From positions 640,001-704,000 of the forward strand of contig JBBCJC010000001.1 of assembly GCA_037189525.1 (NCBI GenBank): DNA of 64,000 nt. The letters are read 5' to 3'. The DNA is from Gemmatimonadales bacterium. Lineage in GTDB: Bacteria; Gemmatimonadota; Gemmatimonadetes; Gemmatimonadales; GWC2-71-9. The position numbers were made by a program, and so were the translations under genes. Shown here one piece after another: positions 35,901 to 45,080 of the stretch; position 1 is the first letter of the stretch, and each line of letters begins with the position of its first letter. Below the pieces are notes generated by a model, which saw nothing but the letters and a program-made list of their open reading frames with translations, was not told the DNA's origin and searched no databases.

Positions 35901-37517
35901 TCAGCCTGGCATGGAGGACGGACTTCCGGAATCGCCCCACCCCGCCAGCAGGACCTGCAGCAGGCGATCGCTCTCCCCGACCGCCACCGGCTCGGTTTCC
36001 TCCTCGTCCTCCGGCTCGGCCGTCGACAGAAATGCCGGCACCTGAGGCGGGGGAGGGGTCGGAGGCTCGGGCCGCTCGAACAACCGGATCCGCGGCGGAT
36101 CCTTGGGCATGATGTTCTGATCCGGATCGAAATACGGATTGGGATCGAACAGATTGCGGAACGGCGGGTCGAACCGGTAGTTCGGCACCCGGGCAATCAC
36201 CGGCTGGTCGCCGCTGATCTGGAGGATCATCTCGTGATTCTCCAAATCGATGATGGCGTCGGGCGACCCGAATCCCGTCAGTTCGTGGAGCTCGGTGGCA
36301 GCCAGCGAGTTGAACGCCCCGAAGCACTGCAGCACCTGGCAGTTGTTCACCATGGTCTGCCAGTCCGACGGATAGAGCAACCGAAGCTGGCTCAGGTCCT
36401 GCCAGAAGCTCCAGGTGCGCAGACCGTAGCCGCGCAGCAGCGTGATGGCCTGCCGGAGCTGCGGCAGCGTGCCGAGCTGGGCCGCTTCATCGAGCAGGAA
36501 CAGCGTGGCCTGTTTGGCCCGGCGCCGCCGCCGCGTAATCGCCATCATCAGCGCCGCAATCCAGAGCCGCAGCAACTTGCCGTGGCTCTCGAGCATATGG
36601 GGCGGGACCACGATGTAGATCGAGAGTGGCTTGCCTAACGTAATGTCGTCGAGATCGAAGGTCGTTTCCCGGATGGCGTGCTGGACCAGCGGACCCCGCA
36701 GAAAATCGACGCCGTCCTGGGCCACCGCTACGATCGACCCGCGGGTTTCCGTGGCACCGACCGCCAACGATTGCGCCACGGCCCTGACCTCGGGATGCAC
36801 CGAGCCGCGCATCGCCTCGACCAGTTTGTCCGGGTCGCCGGAACTCAACCCGATCAAGTTCCGCACCGTGGTCAGGTTGCGCTCTTCAACGGGATAGTCC
36901 GCGATGGTGTGGAGAATCACCCCGAAGAGGAGGTGGGTCGCCCGCTCGTACCAGAACCGGTTCTTCTCATCCTGCCGATGATCGATCAGGATCTTGGCCA
37001 GCGCCGCCGCTTCGTCGACCGTCGTCGCCGAGGTGGGGTCGAGCATGTCGAGCGGATTGAGCGCGGCGGCCGGCTGATCGGTCACGCCGATCGGGTCGAG
37101 CACGATGACCTCGTGTCCCAATTCGCGCCGCCGCCGGGCCGTGATCGCCACGTTCTCGCCCTTCGGATCGATCGCGATGATCGGCCCTTCGTATCGCAGC
37201 AGCGCCGGGATGATACAGCCTACACCTTTGCCAGCCCCGGTGGGCGCAACCGTGATCAGGTGGCCATCGGTCTCCATCAGGATCGGATCGATGTATCCCG
37301 ATCGTGGCGTTCGCTCCGTGTCGCCGGCTCCGAACCCCATCGGGCGGCGCCCCCGCTCCATTTCGAGCGACCAGCCGATCAGCAGGCCCGGCGTTCCCAA
37401 CTCATCCGGCATCTTGAGGGTGGCCACCGGCATCTGCCGCCGCGAGCCCGCTCCGCTGCCGTCCCGCTCCGCCATCGTTGCCCAGGTATCGGGCAACCGT
37501 CGTCCGTCCGGGCTCAT
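35901..37517 (-). CDS. VirD4/TraG-family (type IV coupling protein-like) ATPase lacking TM anchors
   Basis: HLITVAPTGAGKG (Walker A), IDPKGEN, LNPLD, FLLDEAAQLG (Walker B), RGYG...WQDLSQL..LY. Confidence 0.88.
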   Translation of the reverse strand: MSPDGRRLPDTWATMAERDGSGAGSRRQMPVATLKMPDELGTPGLLIGWSLEMERGRRPMGFGAGDTERTPRSGYIDPILMETDGHLITVAPTGAGKGVGCIIPALLRYEGPIIAIDPKGENVAITARRRRELGHEVIVLDPIGVTDQPAAALNPLDMLDPTSATTVDEAAALAKILIDHRQDEKNRFWYERATHLLFGVILHTIADYPVEERNLTTVRNLIGLSSGDPDKLVEAMRGSVHPEVRAVAQSLAVGATETRGSIVAVAQDGVDFLRGPLVQHAIRETTFDLDDITLGKPLSIYIVVPPHMLESHGKLLRLWIAALMMAITRRRRRAKQATLFLLDEAAQLGTLPQLRQAITLLRGYGLRTWSFWQDLSQLRLLYPSDWQTMVNNCQVLQCFGAFNSLAATELHELTGFGSPDAIIDLENHEMILQISGDQPVIARVPNYRFDPPFRNLFDPNPYFDPDQNIMPKDPPRIRLFERPEPPTPPPPQVPAFLSTAEPEDEEETEPVAVGESDRLLQVLLAGWGDSGSPSSMPG

Positions 37518-37532
37518 CTCACGGCTCCATCG

Positions 37533-38258
37533 TTAGGCATCATACGTTTCGGCCTCGACGATCCTGAAGGGCGGACGAAAGAGTTCGCGACGGACCGGCA
37601 GGCGGGCCACCGGCTCGTCGTCGATCATGGTGATGCTGCCGGTCGACTGGATGGCAAACTTGGCCTGGAAGAGGCTGCCGCCATACAGCACCGACCCGTG
37701 GCCGATATAGGAGTCCTGCACGGCGAGCACCCCGGCCTCCCGGAGCGACTCGGACACCGCAAGGACCTTGGCGCGGGCGGCCGCGTCCTCACCCGGCAGC
37801 AGATCGAACTTCGTCTCGACGATCTGAAATCGTCCCTCTTCGCCATGGATGGCGCTACAGAAGAACCGCAGGTAATCGAGCGCCACCGCCGACTCCTTGA
37901 TCACCAGCGCCCCGGTGCCGTTCAAATCATGGATTGGGGCGGAGCTGCCGTCGATGGTGGTGATCCCGCCAGGTCCGTACAGAAACGCCAGCAATCCGGC
38001 CACTCCGTCTGGCAGTATGACCTGCACCTCCGCCAGAATCCACCCCGGATAGAACCGCGGCCGCATGGCCCGAACTCTGACGGGCCAATGCTCCGTGAAC
38101 AGGCGCCGCTGTCGATCCGACTCCGCCTTCTGCCCATAGCGGATCAGCAGCGGGACGGCCTCGGCCACGGCCAAGTCACGCCAGTCCCCGACGATGAGTG
38201 GCGGCGCCACCCACTCGTCGGGAACCGCCGGGGGTGTTACGACTTCCGGAACGCTCAC
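37533..38258 (-). CDS. Hypothetical protein, partner of the VirD4-like ATPase
   Basis: 241 aa, globular composition; GTGA overlap with the upstream gene; ends 15 nt before the VirD4-like start. Confidence 0.75.
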   Translation of the reverse strand: MSVPEVVTPPAVPDEWVAPPLIVGDWRDLAVAEAVPLLIRYGQKAESDRQRRLFTEHWPVRVRAMRPRFYPGWILAEVQVILPDGVAGLLAFLYGPGGITTIDGSSAPIHDLNGTGALVIKESAVALDYLRFFCSAIHGEEGRFQIVETKFDLLPGEDAAARAKVLAVSESLREAGVLAVQDSYIGHGSVLYGGSLFQAKFAIQSTGSITMIDDEPVARLPVRRELFRPPFRIVEAETYDA

Positions 38259-39889
38259 GGCGTTGCCGCCGGCCCGCAGCTGCCGTTCGGCGCCCGCACC
38301 ATCGGATACCGGATGCCGAGCTGTTCGAGATAGGTCGGATACTTGGAGGCGTCGTAATAGAACGGCCGCATCTGCTCGCGATACCGCGCCAGGATCCCCT
38401 CGTTGAGGTGGATCGCCGGCTTGTCCTGCGGGCGAATCAGCGGCTCGTACTTGACGTCCTTGGTCTGCACGTTCCGATAGTAGTCCCAGGCATCCGTCAC
38501 CAGCTGCGGCGTGAGCAGGATGTCGAGCATCGTCATGGCCAGGGCCTTGGCGCCGGCCGTAGCGCCCTTGTGCGCAACTGGCGTGGCCATGGCGATGGCG
38601 TCGGTCCAGTTGTGACCCGGCAGGCCGGGAATGTTGGACGGGAACCGGAGGGTCACCGACGGCAGCGTCCAGGTCACGTCACCGATGTCGTCCGAGCCTC
38701 CGCCGCGCATGTCCTCGAGCCGCGGCGGTGGCCGGAGTTCGGTTCCCACGTCGGTGTTGAGACCGCGCACCGGCACCTTCATCTCGGTCTGGAGCGCCTT
38801 GGCAAAGCGCTGGTCGTCCTCCGACCACTGCGGCATCCCCACCACCTTGATGTTCTCGTGCATCGCCTCGGCGATCGGCTTGTTGTGGTGCTGCGGCCAG
38901 GCGGAACCCAGCACGCGAGTCGGCTCCAGCGTGGTCCCGCTCATCATCGCCGCGCCGGCCGCGATCGAATCGGCGACGGCCCAGACGTACTTGATGTTCT
39001 GATAGTCGGTGTCACGGAAGTAGTACCAGACCGACGCGACCTGCGGCACCACGTTGGGCTGGTCACCGCCGTTGTTGACGATGTAGTGCGACCGGTGGGA
39101 GAGCCGGAGATGCTCACGCCGGAAATTCCAGCCTACGTTCATCAGTTCGACGGCATCGAGCGCGCTCCGCCCCCGCCACGGCGCGCCGGCCGAATGCGCC
39201 GAGATGCCGCGGAAGGTGTACTCGACCGAGACGAGCCCCGTCCCGTCGGGCTGTCCCCAGGACACGCCCAGCGAGTTCGAGACGTGGGAGAAGATGTTGA
39301 TATCGACATCCTTGAAGAGCCCGGCGCGCACGAAGTACGCCTTGGTCCCGATCTGCTCCTCGGCCACACCGGGCCAGATCTTGATGGTGCCGGGAATCTT
39401 TTCCCGCTCCATCAGGCGTTTGACCGCCAGCGCAGCGGTGATGTTGAGGCCCTGGCCCGCGTTGTGTCCCTCGCCATGTCCGGGCCCGCCCGGCACCATC
39501 GGGGCACGACACGCCACCCCGGGAAACTGCGAGGCCTGGGGAATCCCGTCGATATCCGAACCAAGTGCGATCACCGGCTTGCCCGAGCCCCAGGTGGCCA
39601 CCCAGGCCGTGGGGATTCCGGCATAGTTCTCTTCGATCGTGAATCCTTCGCGCCGCAGGATGTCGGTCAGATACTTCGAAGTCTCGAACTCCTGGAAGCC
39701 GAGTTCGCCGAAGCTGAAAACCTGATCGACCATTTCCTGGGTGGATTTGGCTCGCCCTTCGACATCCGTCACGACCTCTTTCTTGAGCCGCGCCAGGCGC
39801 GGATCGGGCCGGGTCGAGGGCCTGGCCTGCGCATCGAGCGTGCCGGCGGTAGGCCAGGCAAGAACGGCGAGGAGGAGGAGATGACGCAT
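38255..39889 (-). CDS. Secreted M20D amidohydrolase (AbgB-like), copy B
   Basis: Signal peptide; ELGFQE, GHGEGHN, AEE, HSAGAPWRGRSALDA, GSDDIGD. Confidence 0.9.
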   Translation of the reverse strand: MRHLLLLAVLAWPTAGTLDAQARPSTRPDPRLARLKKEVVTDVEGRAKSTQEMVDQVFSFGELGFQEFETSKYLTDILRREGFTIEENYAGIPTAWVATWGSGKPVIALGSDIDGIPQASQFPGVACRAPMVPGGPGHGEGHNAGQGLNITAALAVKRLMEREKIPGTIKIWPGVAEEQIGTKAYFVRAGLFKDVDINIFSHVSNSLGVSWGQPDGTGLVSVEYTFRGISAHSAGAPWRGRSALDAVELMNVGWNFRREHLRLSHRSHYIVNNGGDQPNVVPQVASVWYYFRDTDYQNIKYVWAVADSIAAGAAMMSGTTLEPTRVLGSAWPQHHNKPIAEAMHENIKVVGMPQWSEDDQRFAKALQTEMKVPVRGLNTDVGTELRPPPRLEDMRGGGSDDIGDVTWTLPSVTLRFPSNIPGLPGHNWTDAIAMATPVAHKGATAGAKALAMTMLDILLTPQLVTDAWDYYRNVQTKDVKYEPLIRPQDKPAIHLNEGILARYREQMRPFYYDASKYPTYLEQLGIRYPMVRAPNGSCGPAATP

Positions 39890-39914
39890 CAGAAGCTCCG
39901 TTCGCGTGTCATGG

Positions 39915-41558
39915 TCAGGGGCGGCCCCGTGGTCCGCAGCTGCCGTCGGCGGCCCGGAGCGTGGGATAGGCCACGCCGAGCTGTTCGAGGTAGCTGGGAT
40001 ACTTGGCCGGATCATAGTAGAAGGGTCGCATCCGCTCGCGGTACCGCGCCAGGATCAGTCCGTTGAGCTCGACGGCCGGGCGGTCTTCGGCGCGGACGAA
40101 CGGCTCGTACTTCACGTCCTTGGTCTGTTCATTGCGAAAATAGTCCCATGCAGCCGTCACGAGCGCTGGGGTCAGCAGGACGTCGAGCATGGTGAGGGCC
40201 AGCGCCTTGGCGCCGGCGACCGCACCTTTATGGGCGATCGGTGTCGCCATCGCGATCGCGTCGGCCCAGTTGTGACCGGGCGTGCCGGGCACGTTCGACG
40301 GATAGAAGAGCTGCACCGTGGGCACCGACCACGAGACGTCGCCGATGTCGTCCGAACCGCCGCCCTTGCGCTCCGCGGGAGGCGGCGGGCGATCGAGCCC
40401 GCGCGCGAGGGTATCGAGACCGCGCTCGGGCATCTTGAGCTCACGCTGGATGGCCTTGGCGAACCGGACGTCGTCGTCCGACCATTTCGGCATCCCGACG
40501 CGCGTGATGTTGGCTCCCATCGCCTCCGCGACCGGACGGTTGAAATGCGGCGGCCACGCGGCGCCGAGCACGCGGGTGCTCGCGAGGGTGGTGCCGGTCA
40601 TCATCGCGGCGCCGCGCGCGACGGAATCCGCGACGGCCCAGAGGGCTCGAACACCGGAGGCTTCGAGTTCGCGGAGGAAATACCAGACCGACGCCGTCGA
40701 CGGGACGACGTTAGGCTGATCGCCGCCGTCCCGGACGGTGTAGTGCGACCGGTGCTCGAGCCGGAGATGCTCGCGCCGGTAGTTCATGCCCACGTTCATC
40801 AATTCGACCGCGTCGAGCGCGCTCCGCCCGCGCCATGGCGCTCCCGCGCTGTGGGCGCTGGTGCCCTGGAACGAGTACAGCAGGGAAACCAGGCCGCTGT
40901 ACTCGTTAGGCGCCTCGGACGGCGTGGTGAAGTTGTCGAAAACGTGGGTAAAGAAGCTGATATCGACGTCCTTGAAGAGCCCGTCGCGCGCGAAGAATGC
41001 CTTGGCGGCCACCTGCTCTTCCGCAACCCCCGGCCAGATCTTGATAGTGCCCGGCAGCCGGTCGCGCTCCATCAGCTGCTTGACCGCCAGCGCCGCCGCG
41101 ACGACGACCGCCTGGCCGGAATTGTGACCTTCCCCGTGACCGGGGGCCCCTTCGACCATCGGAAGGCGACACGCCACGCCCGGCATCTGGGACGCCTGGG
41201 GAATCGCATCGATGTCGGAGCCCAGCGCGATGACCGGTTTGCCCGAGCCCCAGGTCGCCACCCAGGCGGTCGGCATGCCGGAGATGCCCTCCGTGACCGT
41301 GAACCCCTCTTTGCGCAGGAGCCCGACCAGGTATTTGGACGTCTCCGTTTCCTGGAAGCCGAGCTCCCCGTAGCTGAAGATCTGGTCGTTGATCTCCTGA
41401 ACCAGTTTGGCGCGCGCGTCGACCAGGGCCAGCGCCTCGCGCTTGAGCGGTTCCAGCCGTCGATCGACACCGGCCGCCCGCGAGCCCGTCTGCGCGCCCG
41501 CGGACACGACGACCGAGGCCAGGAGCGATCCGAGCAGGACGGGAAAACGGCGCCGCAT
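39915..41558 (-). CDS. Secreted M20D amidohydrolase (AbgB-like), copy A
   Basis: Same motifs as the neighbouring paralog. Start placed at MRRRFPV. Confidence 0.9.
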   Translation of the reverse strand: MRRRFPVLLGSLLASVVVSAGAQTGSRAAGVDRRLEPLKREALALVDARAKLVQEINDQIFSYGELGFQETETSKYLVGLLRKEGFTVTEGISGMPTAWVATWGSGKPVIALGSDIDAIPQASQMPGVACRLPMVEGAPGHGEGHNSGQAVVVAAALAVKQLMERDRLPGTIKIWPGVAEEQVAAKAFFARDGLFKDVDISFFTHVFDNFTTPSEAPNEYSGLVSLLYSFQGTSAHSAGAPWRGRSALDAVELMNVGMNYRREHLRLEHRSHYTVRDGGDQPNVVPSTASVWYFLRELEASGVRALWAVADSVARGAAMMTGTTLASTRVLGAAWPPHFNRPVAEAMGANITRVGMPKWSDDDVRFAKAIQRELKMPERGLDTLARGLDRPPPPAERKGGGSDDIGDVSWSVPTVQLFYPSNVPGTPGHNWADAIAMATPIAHKGAVAGAKALALTMLDVLLTPALVTAAWDYFRNEQTKDVKYEPFVRAEDRPAVELNGLILARYRERMRPFYYDPAKYPSYLEQLGVAYPTLRAADGSCGPRGRP

Positions 41559-41773
41559 GGTGACTCCGGTCGGGGGAGGTGACGGCAGGAACTGGCAATG
41601 GATTGGAATCCTGCAAAGTACGCCCGGCCGACCCGCTCCGGGAGGGCGCCAACGAAATCCCGGGCCGGGGTGTCTCACTTTATATGGACGTCTCCGCTTC
41701 GTAATGGCGGCCGCCGCTCCGCCCGCCGCGTCCCGGGCACGACACCCTTCCCCACCGATTCGACGACGATCTC

Positions 41774-41819
41774 TTGCGGAAAAGTTCACAGGACATAGAT
41801 TATCTATCCCCTAGATAGA
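41774..41819 (+). promoter_or_regulatory. Putative padR promoter with overlapping palindromes (PadR operator candidate)
   Basis: TTGCGG-16-TAGATT; palindromes ATAGAT-T-ATCTAT (41795-41807) and TCTATC-N5-GATAGA (41803-41819). Confidence 0.6.
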
Positions 41820-41829
41820 CGATGGCTTC

Positions 41830-42168
41830 ATGGCTCCCGACTCCAAGCGCGACCTCCTTCCCGGCACGCTCGACATGCTGATTCTCAAGACCCTGACCGC
41901 GCAGTCGATGCACGGCTATGGGATCGCCCAGCACATCCAGCGGCTCTCGCAGGACGTGCTCAAGGTCGAGGAAGGGTCGCTCTACCCGGCGCTGCAGCGG
42001 ATGCGGCAGAAGGGCTGGATCAAGGCCGAGTGGGGGGTGACGCCCAACAACCAGCGGGCGCGGTACTACACCGTTACCACCGCGGGTCGCCGGCAACTCG
42101 GCGAGCAGGAGACCGGCTTTGCCGACCTGGTGGCCGCCATCGCACGGGTGATGAAACCGGTCCAATGA
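41830..42168 (+). CDS. PadR family transcriptional regulator (ADOP-associated type)
   Basis: GTLDMLILK, HGYGI, EEGSLYPAL, ARYY. Confidence 0.93.
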   Translation: MAPDSKRDLLPGTLDMLILKTLTAQSMHGYGIAQHIQRLSQDVLKVEEGSLYPALQRMRQKGWIKAEWGVTPNNQRARYYTVTTAGRRQLGEQETGFADLVAAIARVMKPVQ

Positions 42169-44831
42169 ACTTCCGCGAACTGCTCGCCAAGCTGCGCGAC
42201 TGGCGCTCACGCGACCGGCTCGATGCCGAGCTGGCGGAGGAGCTCCGTTTCCACCAGGAGCAGCTCGCACGCGACGGCGGGGCGACCGCCGTTCGCCGGC
42301 TCGGTAACCTGACCCGTCTCAAGGAAGGAACCCGCGACATGTGGTCGATCCGCTGGCTCGATCAGCTCGGACAGGACGTCCGCTACGCGTTGCGAGGGCT
42401 CAGGCGCTCGCCCGGGTTCACCGCCACCGTCGTTCTGACTCTGGGTCTCGGCATCGGCGCCAACGCCGCGATGTTCGGTGTGGTGGACCGGCTGATGTTC
42501 CGGCCTCATGCCTACTTGCGCGATCCGGAGACGGTGCATCGGGTCTACCTGCGCAGCACGGATCGGGGCACCGTGCGTACCAACTCGAACCTCGAGTATG
42601 CTCGGGCCCTTGATCTCCAGAAATGGACATCGTCGTTCTCCCAGTACGCCGGCTTCACGGATCGGACCTTGGCCGTCGGCGTCGGCGAGGCCTCCCGCGA
42701 GCGGCGCGTGGCGCTCGTCAACGCCTCGTTCTTCGATTTCTTCGATGCCCGGCCGGCGCTGGGCCGGTACTTCACGCCGAGTGAAGACAGCATCCCACGC
42801 GGAGCGGACGTAGCGGTGCTCGGCTACGGCTACTGGACCTCGGAGTTCGGCGGCCGCGACGTGATCGGCGATGTCCTCCAGGTGGGCAACATCGCGGCCA
42901 CGATCATCGGCGTCGCCCCCAAGGGTTTCAGCGGGGTGGGCGACAACGACCCTCCCGCGATCTACCTCCCGATCACCACCTACGCCGGTTCCTCGGGTAG
43001 CGCACGCAACCGGACCACCTACTACAGCCGGTACAATTGGAGCTGGATGGAGCTGATGGTGCGCCGGAAGCCGGGCGTCACCGCTCCGCAGGCATCGTCG
43101 GACCTGACCCAGGCATATATCCGGAGCTGGCACGCCGAGCACGAGAGCGACCCGCTCCCGCCGGTCGACGTCGCGAAGCCGGAGGCCATAGCGGGGGCGA
43201 TGAAGCTCGGCGCCGGCCCGGACCCCGGCCTCGAGGCTCGGACCGCGCTGTGGGTAACCGGTGTCGCCGCGGTCGTGCTGCTGATCGCCTGCGCCAACGT
43301 GATCAATCTGTTCCTGGCCCGAGCTCTCCAACGCCAGCGGGAGTTGGCCGTCCGCATGGCGCTCGGCGTGAGCCGCGGTCGCTTGCTGCGGCAGTCGTTG
43401 ACGGAAAGCCTGCTGTTATCGGGCATCGGCGCAATCGTCGGTCTCCTGGTGGCGCAGTGGGGCGGTGCAGCCATCCGCAGCATGCTGATCACCGGCCAGG
43501 GAGCAGCACTCGACGTCTTCACCGACTGGCGGACGCTCGGCGTGGCGGCGGCCGTCGCGATCGGCACGGCGCTGCTGACCGGGTTGGCTCCGGCGCTGCT
43601 CGCCGGACGCGGCAGCCTGGTCGACTCGCTCAAGACAGGCACTCGTGACGGCACTGCCCGCCGGTCGAAGGCTCGGACGGCATTGCTCGTTGCGCAGGGA
43701 GCGCTCACCGTCGTCCTCCTGGTGGGGGCCGGACTGTTCGTGCGCAGCCTCGACCGGGTCACGTCGATGCGACTCGGCTACGACGCCGACAAGGTCCTCC
43801 TGGCGGCCACCAACATGCGAGGTATGGCTCTCGACGACAGCGGCTCCGCCCGTCTCGGCCGGACTCTGGTAGAGACGGCCCAAAACATCCAGGGTGTCGA
43901 GGCCGCCAGTTGGGTGAGCAGCGTCCCGTTCTACAGCACCGAGTCCACCAGCCTCTACGTCACCGGGATCGACTCGGTCCGGCGGCTCGGAAGCTTCACC
44001 TATCAGTCCGCCACTACCGACTATTTCGAGGCAATGGGTACCCGAATCATTCGGGGCCGAGGGTTCAGCCCGGAGGATCGCGCCGGCGCCCCGCCGATCG
44101 TGGTGGTGAGCGAGGCCATGGCCAATGTCCTCTGGCCCGGCAAGGATGCTCTAGGCGAGTGCATCCGGATCGGCGCGGATACGATGCCCTGCTCGACCGT
44201 GGTCGGGATCGCGGAAGACATGGTGCAGCAGAGCCTCGGCGATGCACAGCGCTTCCACTACTACCTGCCCATCGAGCAACGGAATGCCGCCGGGGGCTTC
44301 GCGCTGCTGCTCCGGATGCGAAACGATCCGGAAGCTTCGCAGGAAACGGTGCGGCAGGCGCTGCAGCAGGTCATGCCGGGCCAGTCGTACATCACCGTCC
44401 GACCCTTGGAGCGCCTGGTCGAGAGCCAACGCCGCTCGTGGCGGCTCGGAGCCACGATGTTCGTGGCATTCGGTGTCCTGGCGCTAGTGGTGGCAGCCGT
44501 CGGACTCTACGGGGTGATCGCCTACAACGTCAACCAGCGGATGCACGAGCTGGGAATCCGGGTGGCGTTAGGCGCCCGTTCTCCCGACGTGATGCGATTG
44601 GTTCTGGCACAGGGAGTCAAAGTGTCCATCGCAGGGGCAGTGATCGGATTGGCACTCGCGCTCGCCGCCGCGGGGCTCGTCGAGCCGCTCCTATTCCGCC
44701 AATCGGCGCGCGATCCGATGGTCTACGGCAGCGTGGGATTGCTGCTCCTTTCGGTGGCGATGCTGGCGAGCGCGGTGCCGGCGCGGCGCGCTACCAAGGC
44801 GGACCCCAACGCAGTCCTGCGGAACGACTGA
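42165..44831 (+). CDS. ADOP-type duplicated ABC permease (MacB/FtsX-like), copy 1
   Basis: Prefix domain ELRFH, DVRYALR..RRSPGF, LIACANV, VGLYGV, RMHELGIRVALGA; ATGA overlap with padR. Confidence 0.9.
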   Translation: MNFRELLAKLRDWRSRDRLDAELAEELRFHQEQLARDGGATAVRRLGNLTRLKEGTRDMWSIRWLDQLGQDVRYALRGLRRSPGFTATVVLTLGLGIGANAAMFGVVDRLMFRPHAYLRDPETVHRVYLRSTDRGTVRTNSNLEYARALDLQKWTSSFSQYAGFTDRTLAVGVGEASRERRVALVNASFFDFFDARPALGRYFTPSEDSIPRGADVAVLGYGYWTSEFGGRDVIGDVLQVGNIAATIIGVAPKGFSGVGDNDPPAIYLPITTYAGSSGSARNRTTYYSRYNWSWMELMVRRKPGVTAPQASSDLTQAYIRSWHAEHESDPLPPVDVAKPEAIAGAMKLGAGPDPGLEARTALWVTGVAAVVLLIACANVINLFLARALQRQRELAVRMALGVSRGRLLRQSLTESLLLSGIGAIVGLLVAQWGGAAIRSMLITGQGAALDVFTDWRTLGVAAAVAIGTALLTGLAPALLAGRGSLVDSLKTGTRDGTARRSKARTALLVAQGALTVVLLVGAGLFVRSLDRVTSMRLGYDADKVLLAATNMRGMALDDSGSARLGRTLVETAQNIQGVEAASWVSSVPFYSTESTSLYVTGIDSVRRLGSFTYQSATTDYFEAMGTRIIRGRGFSPEDRAGAPPIVVVSEAMANVLWPGKDALGECIRIGADTMPCSTVVGIAEDMVQQSLGDAQRFHYYLPIEQRNAAGGFALLLRMRNDPEASQETVRQALQQVMPGQSYITVRPLERLVESQRRSWRLGATMFVAFGVLALVVAAVGLYGVIAYNVNQRMHELGIRVALGARSPDVMRLVLAQGVKVSIAGAVIGLALALAAAGLVEPLLFRQSARDPMVYGSVGLLLLSVAMLASAVPARRATKADPNAVLRND

Positions 44832-45080
44832 GATGCGAGAGTGGCTGGCCCGGCTCCGCGACCGATTTCGCCGCGAACAACTCGACGCCGAGCTGACGGA
44901 CGAGCTCCGCTTTCATCAGGACCAGCTGGAGCGCGACGGTGGCCCGGCGGCCTCTCGCCGGCTGGGCAACCTGACTCGTCTCAAGGAAAGCACGCGCGAT
45001 ATGTGGAGCATCCGCTGGCTCGACGACCTGCTGCAGGACATCCGGTACGCTTTGCGCGGCCTCCGTCGCTCGCCCGGGTT
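44797..45080 (+). repeat. Degenerate direct repeat spanning the ADOP gene junctions (other copies ~47468-47751 and ~42165-42420)
   Basis: GCGGACCCCAAC...TGAGATGCG.GA.TGGCT.GCCCGGCTCCGCGACCGATT is shared at both junctions. Confidence 0.75.

Noticed and set aside
35846..38260. Conjugative or integrative element around the VirD4-like gene
   Set aside because: No integrase, relaxase, VirB genes, tRNA or flanking direct repeats were seen.
44829..44835. Programmed frameshift or readthrough fusing the ADOP genes
   Set aside because: Each gene is complete with its own leader. TGA-G-ATG also occurs in vapBC and fits ordinary translational coupling.
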